Notes: generated by a model from the sequence alone, not told the origin. Positions 38,131-48,408 are shown, numbered from the whole stretch's first letter. The stretch: DNA of 63,850 nt, filler included, from Reclinomonas americana ATCC 50394 (GCA_048213135.1; 19 parts of 19 records of this genome joined end to end with filler, not necessarily neighbours in it), one strand, 5' to 3'. Numbers and translations: made by a program.

Positions 38131-39207
38131 CTATCGCAAGCAACGGAATCGAGTTGCCTCCGCCTCTTCAACAATGAAGCACCTCAGCACAATCTCCACC
38201 AGACAGCGGGGATCAACCTCCACTCCCTCTTTCTCCTCTCCCTCTTGCATCTGCTGCACGGCAAGCAACGCCGAGCGAGCGGCTTCCACCTCCCATCGGG
38301 CGGGACCTAGCGGCGTCGACCACACACGCACGTCCGGATCCATGTCACAGCAAACAACACACTGGCTGTCGGGAGTGACAGCGACAGAGCGCACCATTCC
38401 TTTGTGGTTTTCCAACCGGCGCACCTCTTCGCCACTGACCAGCGACCACACACGCACAGTGCGATCAAGGCTGCCACTCACAACGTGTTCGCCATCGGGA
38501 GATACAGCCACAGACAGCACCAGCTCAGTGTGTCCCACAAGTCGTCGCACTTCGTCTCCGCTCGCCAGTGACCACAGCTGCAATGCGCAGCGACCACTCC
38601 CGCTCACCACGTGGTGACTGTCGGCAGTGACGGCGACAGACCGCACCGTATCGGTGTGTCCCTCCATCAGTCGCACTTCCTCCCCACTTGCCAGCGACCA
38701 CACGCGCACCGTGCGATCCTGGCTCCCACTAACAACGCGCTGGCCGTCGGGAGTGATGGCGACACAATTCACAGCACCGGCGTGTCCCTCAAACCGTCGA
38801 ACTTCTTCTCCGGTCGCCAGTGACCACTCACGAGCTGTGTGGTCAAAACCGCCACTCACCACATGCAGACCATCGGGAGTGACGGCAACGGACTGTACCC
38901 AGTCAGTGTGTCCCTCCACCCGTCGCACCTCCTCTCCACTCGCCAGCGACCAAACACGTATGGTGTTGTCCCAGCTGCCACTCACAACGTGTTGACCGTC
39001 GGGGGTGATGGCAACAGATGCCACAACGTCAGTGTGTCCCTCCAGCCGGCGTACTTCCTCGCCACTTGCCAGCGACCACACGCGCACTGTGTGGTCCTCA
39101 CTTCCACTCACCACATGGCGACCATCGGGAGTGATGGCGACCGACCACACTCCTTCGGTGTGTCCACGCATTGTCTTGCAGTGGAGAGTGGAGGTGGCGA
39201 GTGACAT
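38131..39207 (-). CDS. 7-bladed WD40 protein, minus array (358 aa)
   Basis: Same architecture as neighbours, intronless. Confidence 0.97.
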   Translation of the reverse strand: MSLATSTLHCKTMRGHTEGVWSVAITPDGRHVVSGSEDHTVRVWSLASGEEVRRLEGHTDVVASVAITPDGQHVVSGSWDNTIRVWSLASGEEVRRVEGHTDWVQSVAVTPDGLHVVSGGFDHTAREWSLATGEEVRRFEGHAGAVNCVAITPDGQRVVSGSQDRTVRVWSLASGEEVRLMEGHTDTVRSVAVTADSHHVVSGSGRCALQLWSLASGDEVRRLVGHTELVLSVAVSPDGEHVVSGSLDRTVRVWSLVSGEEVRRLENHKGMVRSVAVTPDSQCVVCCDMDPDVRVWSTPLGPARWEVEAARSALLAVQQMQEGEEKEGVEVDPRCLVEIVLRCFIVEEAEATRFRCLR

Positions 39208-39395
39208 TGGTTGGCGCGCGAGGGAGAGGGAGAATGTGTGTCTGGAGGACGACGGACGGATCCACGACGGAGGAGAAATGGGACATGAAGTTGTAGTTCT
39301 CTGCTTTCATGCCGCGAAAAGGTGCGTAGCGTTTCATTGCCTACACAAAGAGAAGAGAAGAGAAGAACGACGACGAAAGCCGATCGACTTCGGAA

Positions 39396-40475
39396 TCACA
39401 ATTGCAGGCAACGGAACCTGGCTACCTCCGCCTCCTCAACAATGAAGCACCGCAGCACCGTCTCGACCAGACAGCGAGGATCTACCTCCTCCCCCTCATT
39501 CTCCTCTCCCTCTTGCATCTGCTGCACGGCAAGCAGCGCCGAGCGAGCGGCTTCCACCTCCCACCCGGCGAGACCAAGTGGCGTGGACCACACACGCAAG
39601 GAGCAATCCCTGCTTCCGGTCACTATGTGCTGTCCACTGGAAGCAACAGCGACTGCGCGCACCACCTGTGTGTGCCCTCGCAGGCGGTGCACCTCCTCGC
39701 CACTTGCCAGCGACCACACACGCACTGTCTTGTCGTTGCTCCCGCTCACCGCATGTTCACCGTCGGGGGAGATGGCGACGGCATGCACTGCACTGGTGTG
39801 TCCCTCCAACCGGCGCACCTCTCGCCCACTCGCCAGCGACCACACTCGTATCGACTTGTCGCGACTTGCACTGACCACATGCTGACCGTCGGGCGTGACA
39901 GCGACTGACCACACCGCATCGGTGTGACCCTCCAACCGCTGCACCTCCTCTCCACTTGCCAGCGACCACACGCGCACCGTGCGATCCTCACTTCCACTCA
40001 CCACATGAAGATCATCGGGAGTGACGGTGACACTGTTCACAGCACGGGAGTGTCCCTCGAGTCGTCCCTCCTCGTCTCCTGTGCCCAATGACCACACGCG
40101 AACTGCTGTTTCCTCGCCCGCGCTCACAACACGCTCTCCATTGGCGGTGACGGCGACAGAGAACACCGATACAGAGTGCATTCCCCACCGACACACTTTG
40201 TCTCCACTCGCCAGTGACCACACTCGCACTGTTCCGTCGTCGCCCCCACTCACAACATGCCGACCGTCGCGGGAGACTGCCACGCACGCCACCCATCCCT
40301 TGTGGCCCTCCAACCGCCGCACTAGTCGTCCACTGCGCAGGCACCAAACACGCACTTTCTTATCTGCGCTCCCGCTCACGATGTGCAGGTTGTCGAGAGT
40401 GAGGGCGACGCAGGTGACAGCACCTCCGTGGCCGTCAATGCGCCTGCAGTGGAGAGTGGAGGTGGCAAGTGACAT
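39396..40475 (-). CDS. 7-bladed WD40 protein, minus array (359 aa; divergent first three blades)
   Basis: ATG of MSLATSTLHCRR at 40475; conserved tail. Confidence 0.95.
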   Translation of the reverse strand: MSLATSTLHCRRIDGHGGAVTCVALTLDNLHIVSGSADKKVRVWCLRSGRLVRRLEGHKGWVACVAVSRDGRHVVSGGDDGTVRVWSLASGDKVCRWGMHSVSVFSVAVTANGERVVSAGEETAVRVWSLGTGDEEGRLEGHSRAVNSVTVTPDDLHVVSGSEDRTVRVWSLASGEEVQRLEGHTDAVWSVAVTPDGQHVVSASRDKSIRVWSLASGREVRRLEGHTSAVHAVAISPDGEHAVSGSNDKTVRVWSLASGEEVHRLRGHTQVVRAVAVASSGQHIVTGSRDCSLRVWSTPLGLAGWEVEAARSALLAVQQMQEGEENEGEEVDPRCLVETVLRCFIVEEAEVARFRCLQL

Positions 40476-40650
40476 AGATGGCGCAAAGTCGGCGCGCAAG
40501 GGAGGAGAAAAGAAAGAGGACATCAAGGAGCGGGACGCAGTCAGCTTTTTCGTGCCATGCTGAACTCGGAGACATCAACAAGGTCTTTCATTACATACAC
40601 AAAGAAAGGCAAGGAAGAACGGTGTCAACGGAAGCCCGTCGACTTCAGAA

Positions 40651-41079
40651 TCATTCTTGCAAGCAACGGAAGCAAGTTGCCTCTGCATCCTCGACGATGA
40701 AGCACCGCAGCACAATCTCCACCAAGCAGCGGCGATCTCCCTCCTCGCCGTCGCCCTCCTCTCCCTCCTGCATCTNNNNNNNNNNNNNNNNNNNNNNNNN
40801 NNNNNNNNNNNNNNNNNNNTTAATTAATTAANNNNNNNNNNNNNNNNNNNNNNNNNNNNNNNNNNNNNNNNNNNNAGTGACGGCGACACATGCCACCAAC
40901 TCAGTGTGTCCCTCCAGCAGTCGCACCTCCTCGCCACTCGTCAATGACCACACGCGTAGTTTGCAGTCCTGCCCCCCGCTCACAGCGTGCAGACCGTTGG
41001 GAGTGATGGCGACTGCCCACACCCCCTCAGTGTATCCACGCATTGCCTTGTTGTGGAGAGGGGAGGTGGCGAGTGACAT
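40651..41079 (-). CDS. WD40 protein, minus array (N- and C-terminal parts flanking gap 40776-40875)
   Basis: MSLATSPLHNK start at 41079; tail DRRCLVEIVLRCFIVEDAEATCFRCLQE ends at TGA 40651. Confidence 0.85.
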
Positions 41080-41265
41080 GGTTGGCGCACACGGGAGAAA
41101 GAGGGAAGTTTGTGTTTGCTTGAAGGACGACAAGGAGCAGGACTTGCAATGCGTTATGCTGAGACATCAACAAGGAGCGAGACTCTTCATTGCACACATA
41201 TGTACGAGGGGAAAAAAGAAAAGCAAGATAACGATACGGGTGAAAGACAATCGCCTTCAGAATCA

Positions 41266-42342
41266 CTATTGCAAGCAACGGAAACGAGCTGCCTCCGCAT
41301 CCTCGACGATGAAGCACCGCAGCACAATCTCAACCAAGCAGCGGCGATCAACCTCCTCGCCCTCCATCTTCTCCTCTACTTGCAGCTCCTGCACGGCGAG
41401 CATGGCCCGATGCGCGCAGTCAACTTCCCATCGAGCGAGACCAAGCGACGTGGACCACACGCCGACTGTTTTGTCGTAACTCCCACTGGCGATGTGTTGC
41501 CCGTCGAGCGCGACGGCGATAGAGTACACCCCATCGCTGTGGCCCTCCAGCCGTCGAGCTTCTTCGCCACTGGCCAGCGACCACACACGCATCGTCATGT
41601 CACGACTCCCGCTCACGAGGTACTGACCATCGGGCGTGACGGTGACAGACCACACCTCGTCTGTGTGTCCAACATATCGTCGCACCTCCTGCCCACTCGC
41701 CAGGGACCACAGCCGCACCGTGTGGTCTCCACTGCCACTGACCACATGCTGCCCGTCAAAAGTCACGGTTACGGACCACACCCAATCAGTGTGGCCCTTC
41801 AACCAGTGCACCGCCTCGCCACTCGCCAGTGACCACACTCGCACTGTGTTATCCCAGCTCCCGCTCACAACGTGCTGACCGTCGGGAGTGACAGCGACAG
41901 ACAACACAGGTGCAGTGTGTCCTTCCAACCGTCTCACCTCCTCGCCACTCTCCAGCGACCACACGCGCACAGTCTCATCAGAACTCCCGCTCACCACGTG
42001 CAGCCCATCGGGAGTGACGGCAACGGACCACACAGCAGCAGTATGTCCTCTCGGCAGCCTTACTTCCTCCCCACTCACCAATGACCACACGTGCAATGTC
42101 TCATCGACTCCGCCACACACCACATGGCGTCCATCAGGGGTGATGGCAACACAGAGTACCTCTCTGAAGCGTCCGCCAAATCGTCGCACCTCCTCGCCAG
42201 TCGCCAGGGTGAACAACAGCACTGTGCTGTCATGACTCCCACTCACCACGTGCTGACCATCGGGAGTGATGGCGACAGAGCTCACAGATGAGGTATGTCT
42301 GCGCACTGCCTTGCAGTGGAGAGTGGAGGTGGCGAGTGACAT
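41266..42342 (-). CDS. 7-bladed WD40 protein, minus array (358 aa)
   Basis: Same architecture as neighbours, intronless. Confidence 0.97.
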   Translation of the reverse strand: MSLATSTLHCKAVRRHTSSVSSVAITPDGQHVVSGSHDSTVLLFTLATGEEVRRFGGRFREVLCVAITPDGRHVVCGGVDETLHVWSLVSGEEVRLPRGHTAAVWSVAVTPDGLHVVSGSSDETVRVWSLESGEEVRRLEGHTAPVLSVAVTPDGQHVVSGSWDNTVRVWSLASGEAVHWLKGHTDWVWSVTVTFDGQHVVSGSGDHTVRLWSLASGQEVRRYVGHTDEVWSVTVTPDGQYLVSGSRDMTMRVWSLASGEEARRLEGHSDGVYSIAVALDGQHIASGSYDKTVGVWSTSLGLARWEVDCAHRAMLAVQELQVEEKMEGEEVDRRCLVEIVLRCFIVEDAEAARFRCLQ

Positions 42343-42522
42343 GGTGGGCGCGCAAGAGACGGAGAGAAGAGGACGTACTGTAGGAGTGGGACATGAAGTC
42401 CGTCATTCATTCTGCTGCGTACTCCACCCAAGAATACGGTACTGAGACGGCACTGTGTATATACACAAGAGGAAAAGGGAAGAACAACACCGTAGGGAGA
42501 AAGCCGATCGATTTTGGAATCA

Positions 42523-43298
42523 CTATTGCAAGCAGCGGAAGCGAGTTGTCTCCGCCTCTTCGACGATGAAGCACCGCAGCACCATCTCTGGCAAGCAACG
42601 GGGATCGACCTCCTCTCCCTCCTCCTTCTCCTCCTCCTCCTGCATCTCCTGCACGGCAAGCATGGCCGAGCGAGCGGCTTCCACCTCCCATCGGGCGAGA
42701 CCGAGCGGCGTGGACCACACTCGCACAACCGCACCAAACGCACCACCCACGATGTGTTGTCCATCGGGACTCACGGCGACAGAGCGCACACTGCCCGCAT
42801 CAATCTCCAACCGCTTCACTTCTTCGCCACTGGCCAGCGACCACACACGCACCGAACCGTCATAGCCACCACTTACCACATGCTGCCCATCGGGAGTGAC
42901 AACCACAGACAACACGTCGTCGGTGTGCCCTTCAAATCGCCGCGTTCCCTCGCCACCTGGCAGGGACCACACGTGCACCGTGTTGTCTGCACTCCCGCTC
43001 ACCACATGCTGGCCATCGGGAGTGACGGCGACGGACCACACCCACTTGGTGTGCTCCTCCAATTGCCGCACCTGTTCTCCACTCACGAGCGACCACACGC
43101 GCACCGTACTATCATTACTGCTACTCACAACGTGCTGCNNNNNNNNNNNNNNNNNNNNNNNNNNNNNNNNNNNNNNNNNNNNTTAATTAATTAANNNNNN
43201 NNNNNNNNNNNNNNNNNNNNNNNNNNNNNNNNNNNNNNCACTCCTCCGGTGTGTCCACGCAGCGTCCTGCAGTGGAGAGTGGAGGTGGCGAGTGACAT
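42523..43298 (-). CDS. WD40 protein, minus array (interrupted by gap 43139-43238)
   Basis: MSLATSTLHCRTLRGH start at 43298; C-terminal blades and tail at 42523-43138. Confidence 0.88.
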
Positions 43299-43442
43299 TG
43301 TGGGCGCGCAAGGGTAGGGGTAGGGAAGTGTGTAAGGACGAATGGGACATTCTCTGCTTTTCGAGCCGAGAACAACGTGCGTGGTTTCATTACAAACACA
43401 GAAAAGGGACGTACGGCAGCGTAGGGAGAAAGACAGTCGACT

Positions 43443-44502
43443 TCAGATTAACCAGCAGCGGAAGTGAGTTGCCTCTGCATCTTCGACAATGAAGCACCGC
43501 AGCACCATCTCCGGCAAGCAACGGTAATCCTCCTTCTCCTCCCCCTCCTGCATCTCCTGCACGGCGAGCATGGCCGACCGAGCGGCCTCCACCTCCCACC
43601 CGGCGAGACCAAGCGGCGTGGACCACACGCGCACTGTGTTGTCCGGGCGAGCACAGCCACTCACGATACGCTGTCACGGCGATAGACCACACCCCTTTGG
43701 TGTGCTCCTCCAGCCGTCGCACTTGCTCTCCACTCGCCAGTGACCACACACACACCGTTTTGTCACGACTGCCACTCACAATGTGTTCACCATTGTGAGT
43801 GACAGCCACAGACATCACCTCCTTCTCGTGACCAACGAATCGTCGCACCTCTTGCCCACTCGACAGGGACCGCACTCGGATCTCCCTGTAATCACCGCTC
43901 ACCACATGCTGGCCATCGGGAGTGACAGCGACAGTGAATACCCACACATAGTAACCGTCCAGTCGTTGCACTTCTTCTCCACTCGCCAGTGACCACACCC
44001 TCACAGTGCCGTCATAACTGCTACTCACAGCACACTGGCTATCGGGTGTGACGGCAACAGACATCACCGCCGCAGCGTGTCCCTCCAATCGTCGCACTTC
44101 TTCTCCACTCACCAGTGACCACACACGCACTGTCATGTCAGCACCCCCACTCACAGCGTACTGACAATCCGGAGTGACGGCGACAGACCACACCCAGCCC
44201 GTGTGTCCCTCCAGTTGTCGCACTTCCTCGCCACTCGCCAGTGACCACACACGCACGGTCTTGTCGGCACTCCCACTCACCACATGCAGGCCGTCGGGAG
44301 TGACGGCAACAGACATTACAGTGTCAGTGTGTCCCTCCAGTTGTCGCACTTGCTCACCACTTGTCAGTGACCACACGCGCACGGTGTGGTCTTCACTTGC
44401 GCTCACCGCATGGCGACCGTCGGGAGTGATGGCGACCGACCACACTCCTTCGGTGTGTCCGCGCATTGTCTTGCAGTGGAGAGTTGAGTTGGCGAGTGAC
44501 AT
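43443..44502 (-). pseudogene. Frameshifted WD40 array copy
   Basis: Blade 7 reads GCC GTG A|CAG CGT ATC GTG AGT GGC, lacking ~11 nt of the usual ..GT CCC GAT GGG near 43673. The tail continues intact in another frame (43443-43664). Confidence 0.75.
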
Positions 44503-44643
44503 TGGTGTGGCGTGCAAGGGAGAGGGAAAGAGCGTGTGATGAAGGAGGACATGCGTGACCATCGGGACTTCGGAGACATCAAGAAGCTTTTCATTGCATG
44601 TGCAGAAGGAAAGGGAAGTTTCAAAAGACGGTCGACCTCGGGA

Positions 44644-45714
44644 TCACGAGCAACGGAACTGAGTTGCCTCTGCATCTTCGACGATGAAGCACCGCAGTAC
44701 AATCTCTGGCAAGCAACGGCGATCGACCTCCTCTTCCTCTCCCACCTGCATCTCCTGCACGGCTAGCATAGCCGAGCGAGCGGCCTCCACTTCCCATCGA
44801 GCGAGACCAAGCGGCGTGGACCACACGCGCACCGTCTTGTCCAGACTCCCACTGATGATGTGCTGCCCATCGGGACTCACGGCAACACACATCACACCAT
44901 AAGTATGTCCCTCCAGCCGTCGCACCTCCTCGCCGCTGGCCAGGGACCACAGCCGTACTGTGTGTTCTGAACTCCCACTCACGATGTGCTGTCCATCGGG
45001 CGTGACGGTGACGGACCACACCTCATTGGAGTGCCCAACAAATCGTCGCACCTCCTCTCCACTTTCCAGCGACCACACTCGCATCGTTCCGTCATAGCCC
45101 CCACCAACCACATGCTGGCCATCGGGAGTGACAGCGACAGACCGCACCCAGCCAGTGTGTCTCTCCAATCGCCGCACTTCTTCTCCACGCGCCAGTGACC
45201 ACACTCTCACAGTGCAGTCCTGGCCTGCGAGCACAACGTGCTGACCGTCGGGAGTGATAACGACAGACATTACCGATCTGTCTGGTCCCACCATCCGTCG
45301 CACCACCTCGCCACTTGCCAGGGACCACACACACACTGTGTCGTCTTCAATCCCACTCACCACATGCACACCATCGGGAGTGACAGCAACGGACCGCAAT
45401 TGCACCCATACAGTGTGCCCCTGCATCTGCCGCACCACCTCCCCACTCGCCAGTGACCACACACGCACAGTGCTGTCCCAGCTGGCACTCACGATATGAT
45501 GGCCGTCGGGAGTGACAGCAACGCGTGTCACCATGTCAGTGTGTCCCTCCAGTTGTCGCACTTGCTCACCACTTGTCAGTGACCACACGCGCACGGTGTG
45601 GTCTTCACTTGCGCTCACCGCATGGCGACCATCGGGCGTAATGGCGACCGACCACACTCCTTCGGTGTGTCCGCGCATTGTCTTGCAGTGGAGAGTGGAG
45701 GTGGCGAGTGACAT
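44644..45714 (-). CDS. 7-bladed WD40 protein, minus array (356 aa)
   Basis: ATG at 45714; tail VDRRCLPEIVLRCFIVEDAEATQFRCS. Confidence 0.96.
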   Translation of the reverse strand: MSLATSTLHCKTMRGHTEGVWSVAITPDGRHAVSASEDHTVRVWSLTSGEQVRQLEGHTDMVTRVAVTPDGHHIVSASWDSTVRVWSLASGEVVRQMQGHTVWVQLRSVAVTPDGVHVVSGIEDDTVCVWSLASGEVVRRMVGPDRSVMSVVITPDGQHVVLAGQDCTVRVWSLARGEEVRRLERHTGWVRSVAVTPDGQHVVGGGYDGTMRVWSLESGEEVRRFVGHSNEVWSVTVTPDGQHIVSGSSEHTVRLWSLASGEEVRRLEGHTYGVMCVAVSPDGQHIISGSLDKTVRVWSTPLGLARWEVEAARSAMLAVQEMQVGEEEEVDRRCLPEIVLRCFIVEDAEATQFRCS

Positions 45715-45864
45715 TGGTGTGGCGTGCAAGGGAGAGGGAAAGAGCGTGTGATGAAGGAGGACATGCGTGACCATCGATATCGGGACTTCTGAGACATCAA
45801 GAAGAAGCTTTCAATTGCATGTACAGAAGGAAAGGGAAGTTTCAAAAGATGGTCGACCTCGGGA

Positions 45865-46953
45865 TCACGAGCAACGGAACTGAGTTGCCTCTGCATCTTC
45901 GACGATGAAGCACCGCAGTACAATCTCTGGCAAGCAGCGGCGATCGACCTCCTCTCTCTCCTTCTCCTCTCCCTCCTCCTCCTCTCCCTCCTGCATCTCC
46001 TGCACGGCGAGCATGGCCGAGCGAGCGACTTCCACCTCCCACTGCGCGAGACTGAAGGACGTGGACCACACTCGCACCGTCATGTCTAGACTCCCACTGA
46101 CGACGTGTTGCCCATCGGGACTCACGGCAGCGCACAGCATCCCACGAGTGTGCTTCTCCAGCCGTCGCACCTCCTCGCCACTCGCCAGCGACCACACACG
46201 CACCGTCCCGTCATGACCTCCACTCACAATGTGCTGACCTGCGGGCGTTGCAGTCACAGACAACACGCCGCCGCTGTGCCCAACGACTTGTCGCACTTCT
46301 TCTCCACTCGCGAGAGACCACACACGCACGGTGCTGTCTTCACTACCACTCACCACATGCTGGCCATCGGGAGTGACGGCGACCGACCACACCCACCTGG
46401 TGTGACCGCTCAACCGGCACAATTCCTCGCCAAGCGCCACGGACCACACACGCACTGTCATGTCCAAACTCCCGCTTACAACGTGCTGGACATCGCGGGT
46501 GACGGCAACAGACAGCACCGCCGCAATGTGTCCCAACAGTCGTCGCACCTCCTCGCCACTCGCCAGGGACCACACTCGCACTGTGGTGTCTCCACTCCCG
46601 CTCAGCACATGCAGACCATCGGGAGTGACGGCAATGGACCACACAGCAGCAGTGTGTCCTTTCAACAGTTGCACTTCCTCCCCGCTCTCCAGTGACCACA
46701 CTCGCACAGTGCTGTCCCAGCCGGCACTCACGATATGATGGCCGTCGGGAGTGACGGCAAGAGATGTCACCTGTGCATTGTGCCCCTCCAGCAGTCGCAC
46801 CTCCTCACCACTCGCCAGTGACCACACGCGCACTGTTTTGTCTCCACTCCCACTCACAGCATACCTACCGTCGGGGGTGACAGCAACAGACATGATCTGC
46901 GCGGTGTGCCCGCGCATCGTCTTGCAGTGGAGAGTGGAGGTGGCGAGTGACAT
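45865..46953 (-). CDS. 7-bladed WD40 protein, first gene of minus array (362 aa)
   Basis: ATG at 46953, directly downstream of a (CT)n tract; conserved tail. Confidence 0.96.
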   Translation of the reverse strand: MSLATSTLHCKTMRGHTAQIMSVAVTPDGRYAVSGSGDKTVRVWSLASGEEVRLLEGHNAQVTSLAVTPDGHHIVSAGWDSTVRVWSLESGEEVQLLKGHTAAVWSIAVTPDGLHVLSGSGDTTVRVWSLASGEEVRRLLGHIAAVLSVAVTRDVQHVVSGSLDMTVRVWSVALGEELCRLSGHTRWVWSVAVTPDGQHVVSGSEDSTVRVWSLASGEEVRQVVGHSGGVLSVTATPAGQHIVSGGHDGTVRVWSLASGEEVRRLEKHTRGMLCAAVSPDGQHVVSGSLDMTVRVWSTSFSLAQWEVEVARSAMLAVQEMQEGEEEEGEEKEREEVDRRCLPEIVLRCFIVEDAEATQFRCS

Positions 46954-46967
46954 GACAGGGAAAGAGG

Positions 46968-47021
<54 letters not shown>

Positions 47022-47241
47022 AACGCAGGGAAAGTATGCGTGAGAAAAGTGAGGAAACACAATAGAGAGTGAGCGTGCTGAGAACGCGACACAAGAGCCA
47101 CAGCGAGTGAAAGATACAAGAGTGAAAGAGGGTTCGGAGACAGATGACGTCCTTGTGTTTGTCCCTCTTCTTTGTGTTTTTCCTTGTGTTATCATCGTGC
47201 TTTCGTCGCGTGGGAGAGGTGGTACGGTTGACAGAGTGTTA

Positions 47242-47710
47242 TACATGTGTCGCAAGTGCGCACAAGACTGAGTATGCATCATCTTTTCATTTTCTCGATG
47301 AGCAAGGCACGAGAATGGCATGTAAATGGCATGTAAAGTGGAGAAACCGAGAGCTTGTTCACGGAATTTCCCCGTCCATTTCTCCTCGTGAGGGAGACGT
47401 TTTATGGTTCGTACGAGTATTATATGTGCCACAAGTGCGTACAAGACAGAGTATGCATCATTCTTTTCAATTTCTCGATGAACAAGTCACGAGAATGGCA
47501 TGTAAATGGCATGTAAAGTGGAGAAACCGCAGCGAGAGCTTGTTCGCGGAATGTCCCCGTCCATTTCCCCTCGTGAGGGAGACGTTTTATGGTTCGTACG
47601 AGTATTACACATGTGCCACAAGTGCGTACAAGACAGAGCATGCATCATTCTTTTCAATTGCTCGATGAACAAGTCACGAGAATGGCACGTAAATAGCATG
47701 TAAAGTGGAG
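47242..47710. repeat. ~180-186-bp tandem repeat, ~2.5 copies, in a divergent intergenic region
   Basis: Units start A.ATGTG.C.CAAGTGCG.ACAAGAC.GAG at ~47242, ~47422 and ~47608; internal TGGCATGTAAA doublet. Confidence 0.9.
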
Positions 47711-47761
47711 GTTGATTGTCCATTTCTCCTCGTGTTTTCATTGTGTTTTCTTCATTGTGAT

Positions 47762-47921
47762 ATGGTTGGTCCGCTGAGGTTATCCTCACCACTTGTGCAG
47801 CTTGTTGCTGCGTTGGTGGTGATGGCGGTCGCAGTCACGTCGGTGCCTTGTAATGGTGAGAGAGAGAGAGAGATGAGAGAGATGAGAGAGAGAAGCACAG
47901 AGAGAGCGAGAGAGAAGGAGA

Positions 47922-48004
<83 letters not shown>

Positions 48005-48275
48005 CGTAGTACGTACGTACGTACGTACGTACGTACGTACTACTTACTTACTTACTTACTACCTACCTACCTACCTACCTACCTACCTACCTTACCTTAC
48101 CTTACCTACCTACCTACCACCACTACACACACCACANNNNNNNNNNNNNNNNNNNNNNNNNNNNNNNNNNNNNNNNNNNNTTAATTAATTAANNNNNNNN
48201 NNNNNNNNNNNNNNNNNNNNNNNNNNNNNNNNNNNNCTCCTACGTCCGTCGTCGTCGTCGTGACGAGTACGAGAG

Positions 48276-48310
<35 letters not shown>

Positions 48311-48377
48311 TCTGCAAAGTTGGCCTGTCAAACTCACAGTCACTTTCTTTCTCACTCACCCACTCACTCCCACTCTC

Positions 48378-48408
<31 letters not shown>

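Noticed and set aside
26190..46953. WD40 array as a diversity-generating retroelement target
   Set aside because: No reverse transcriptase or invariant template repeat is visible, and differences involve all four bases rather than adenines only.
35456..46978. Long antisense ORFs with repeats such as SSPLASDHTRTV
   Set aside because: They are reverse-complement shadows of the WD40 repeats.
47242..47710. Tandem repeats and GGAATCC clusters as CRISPR arrays
   Set aside because: No constant repeat with unique spacers of regular length, no cas genes, and a eukaryotic context.
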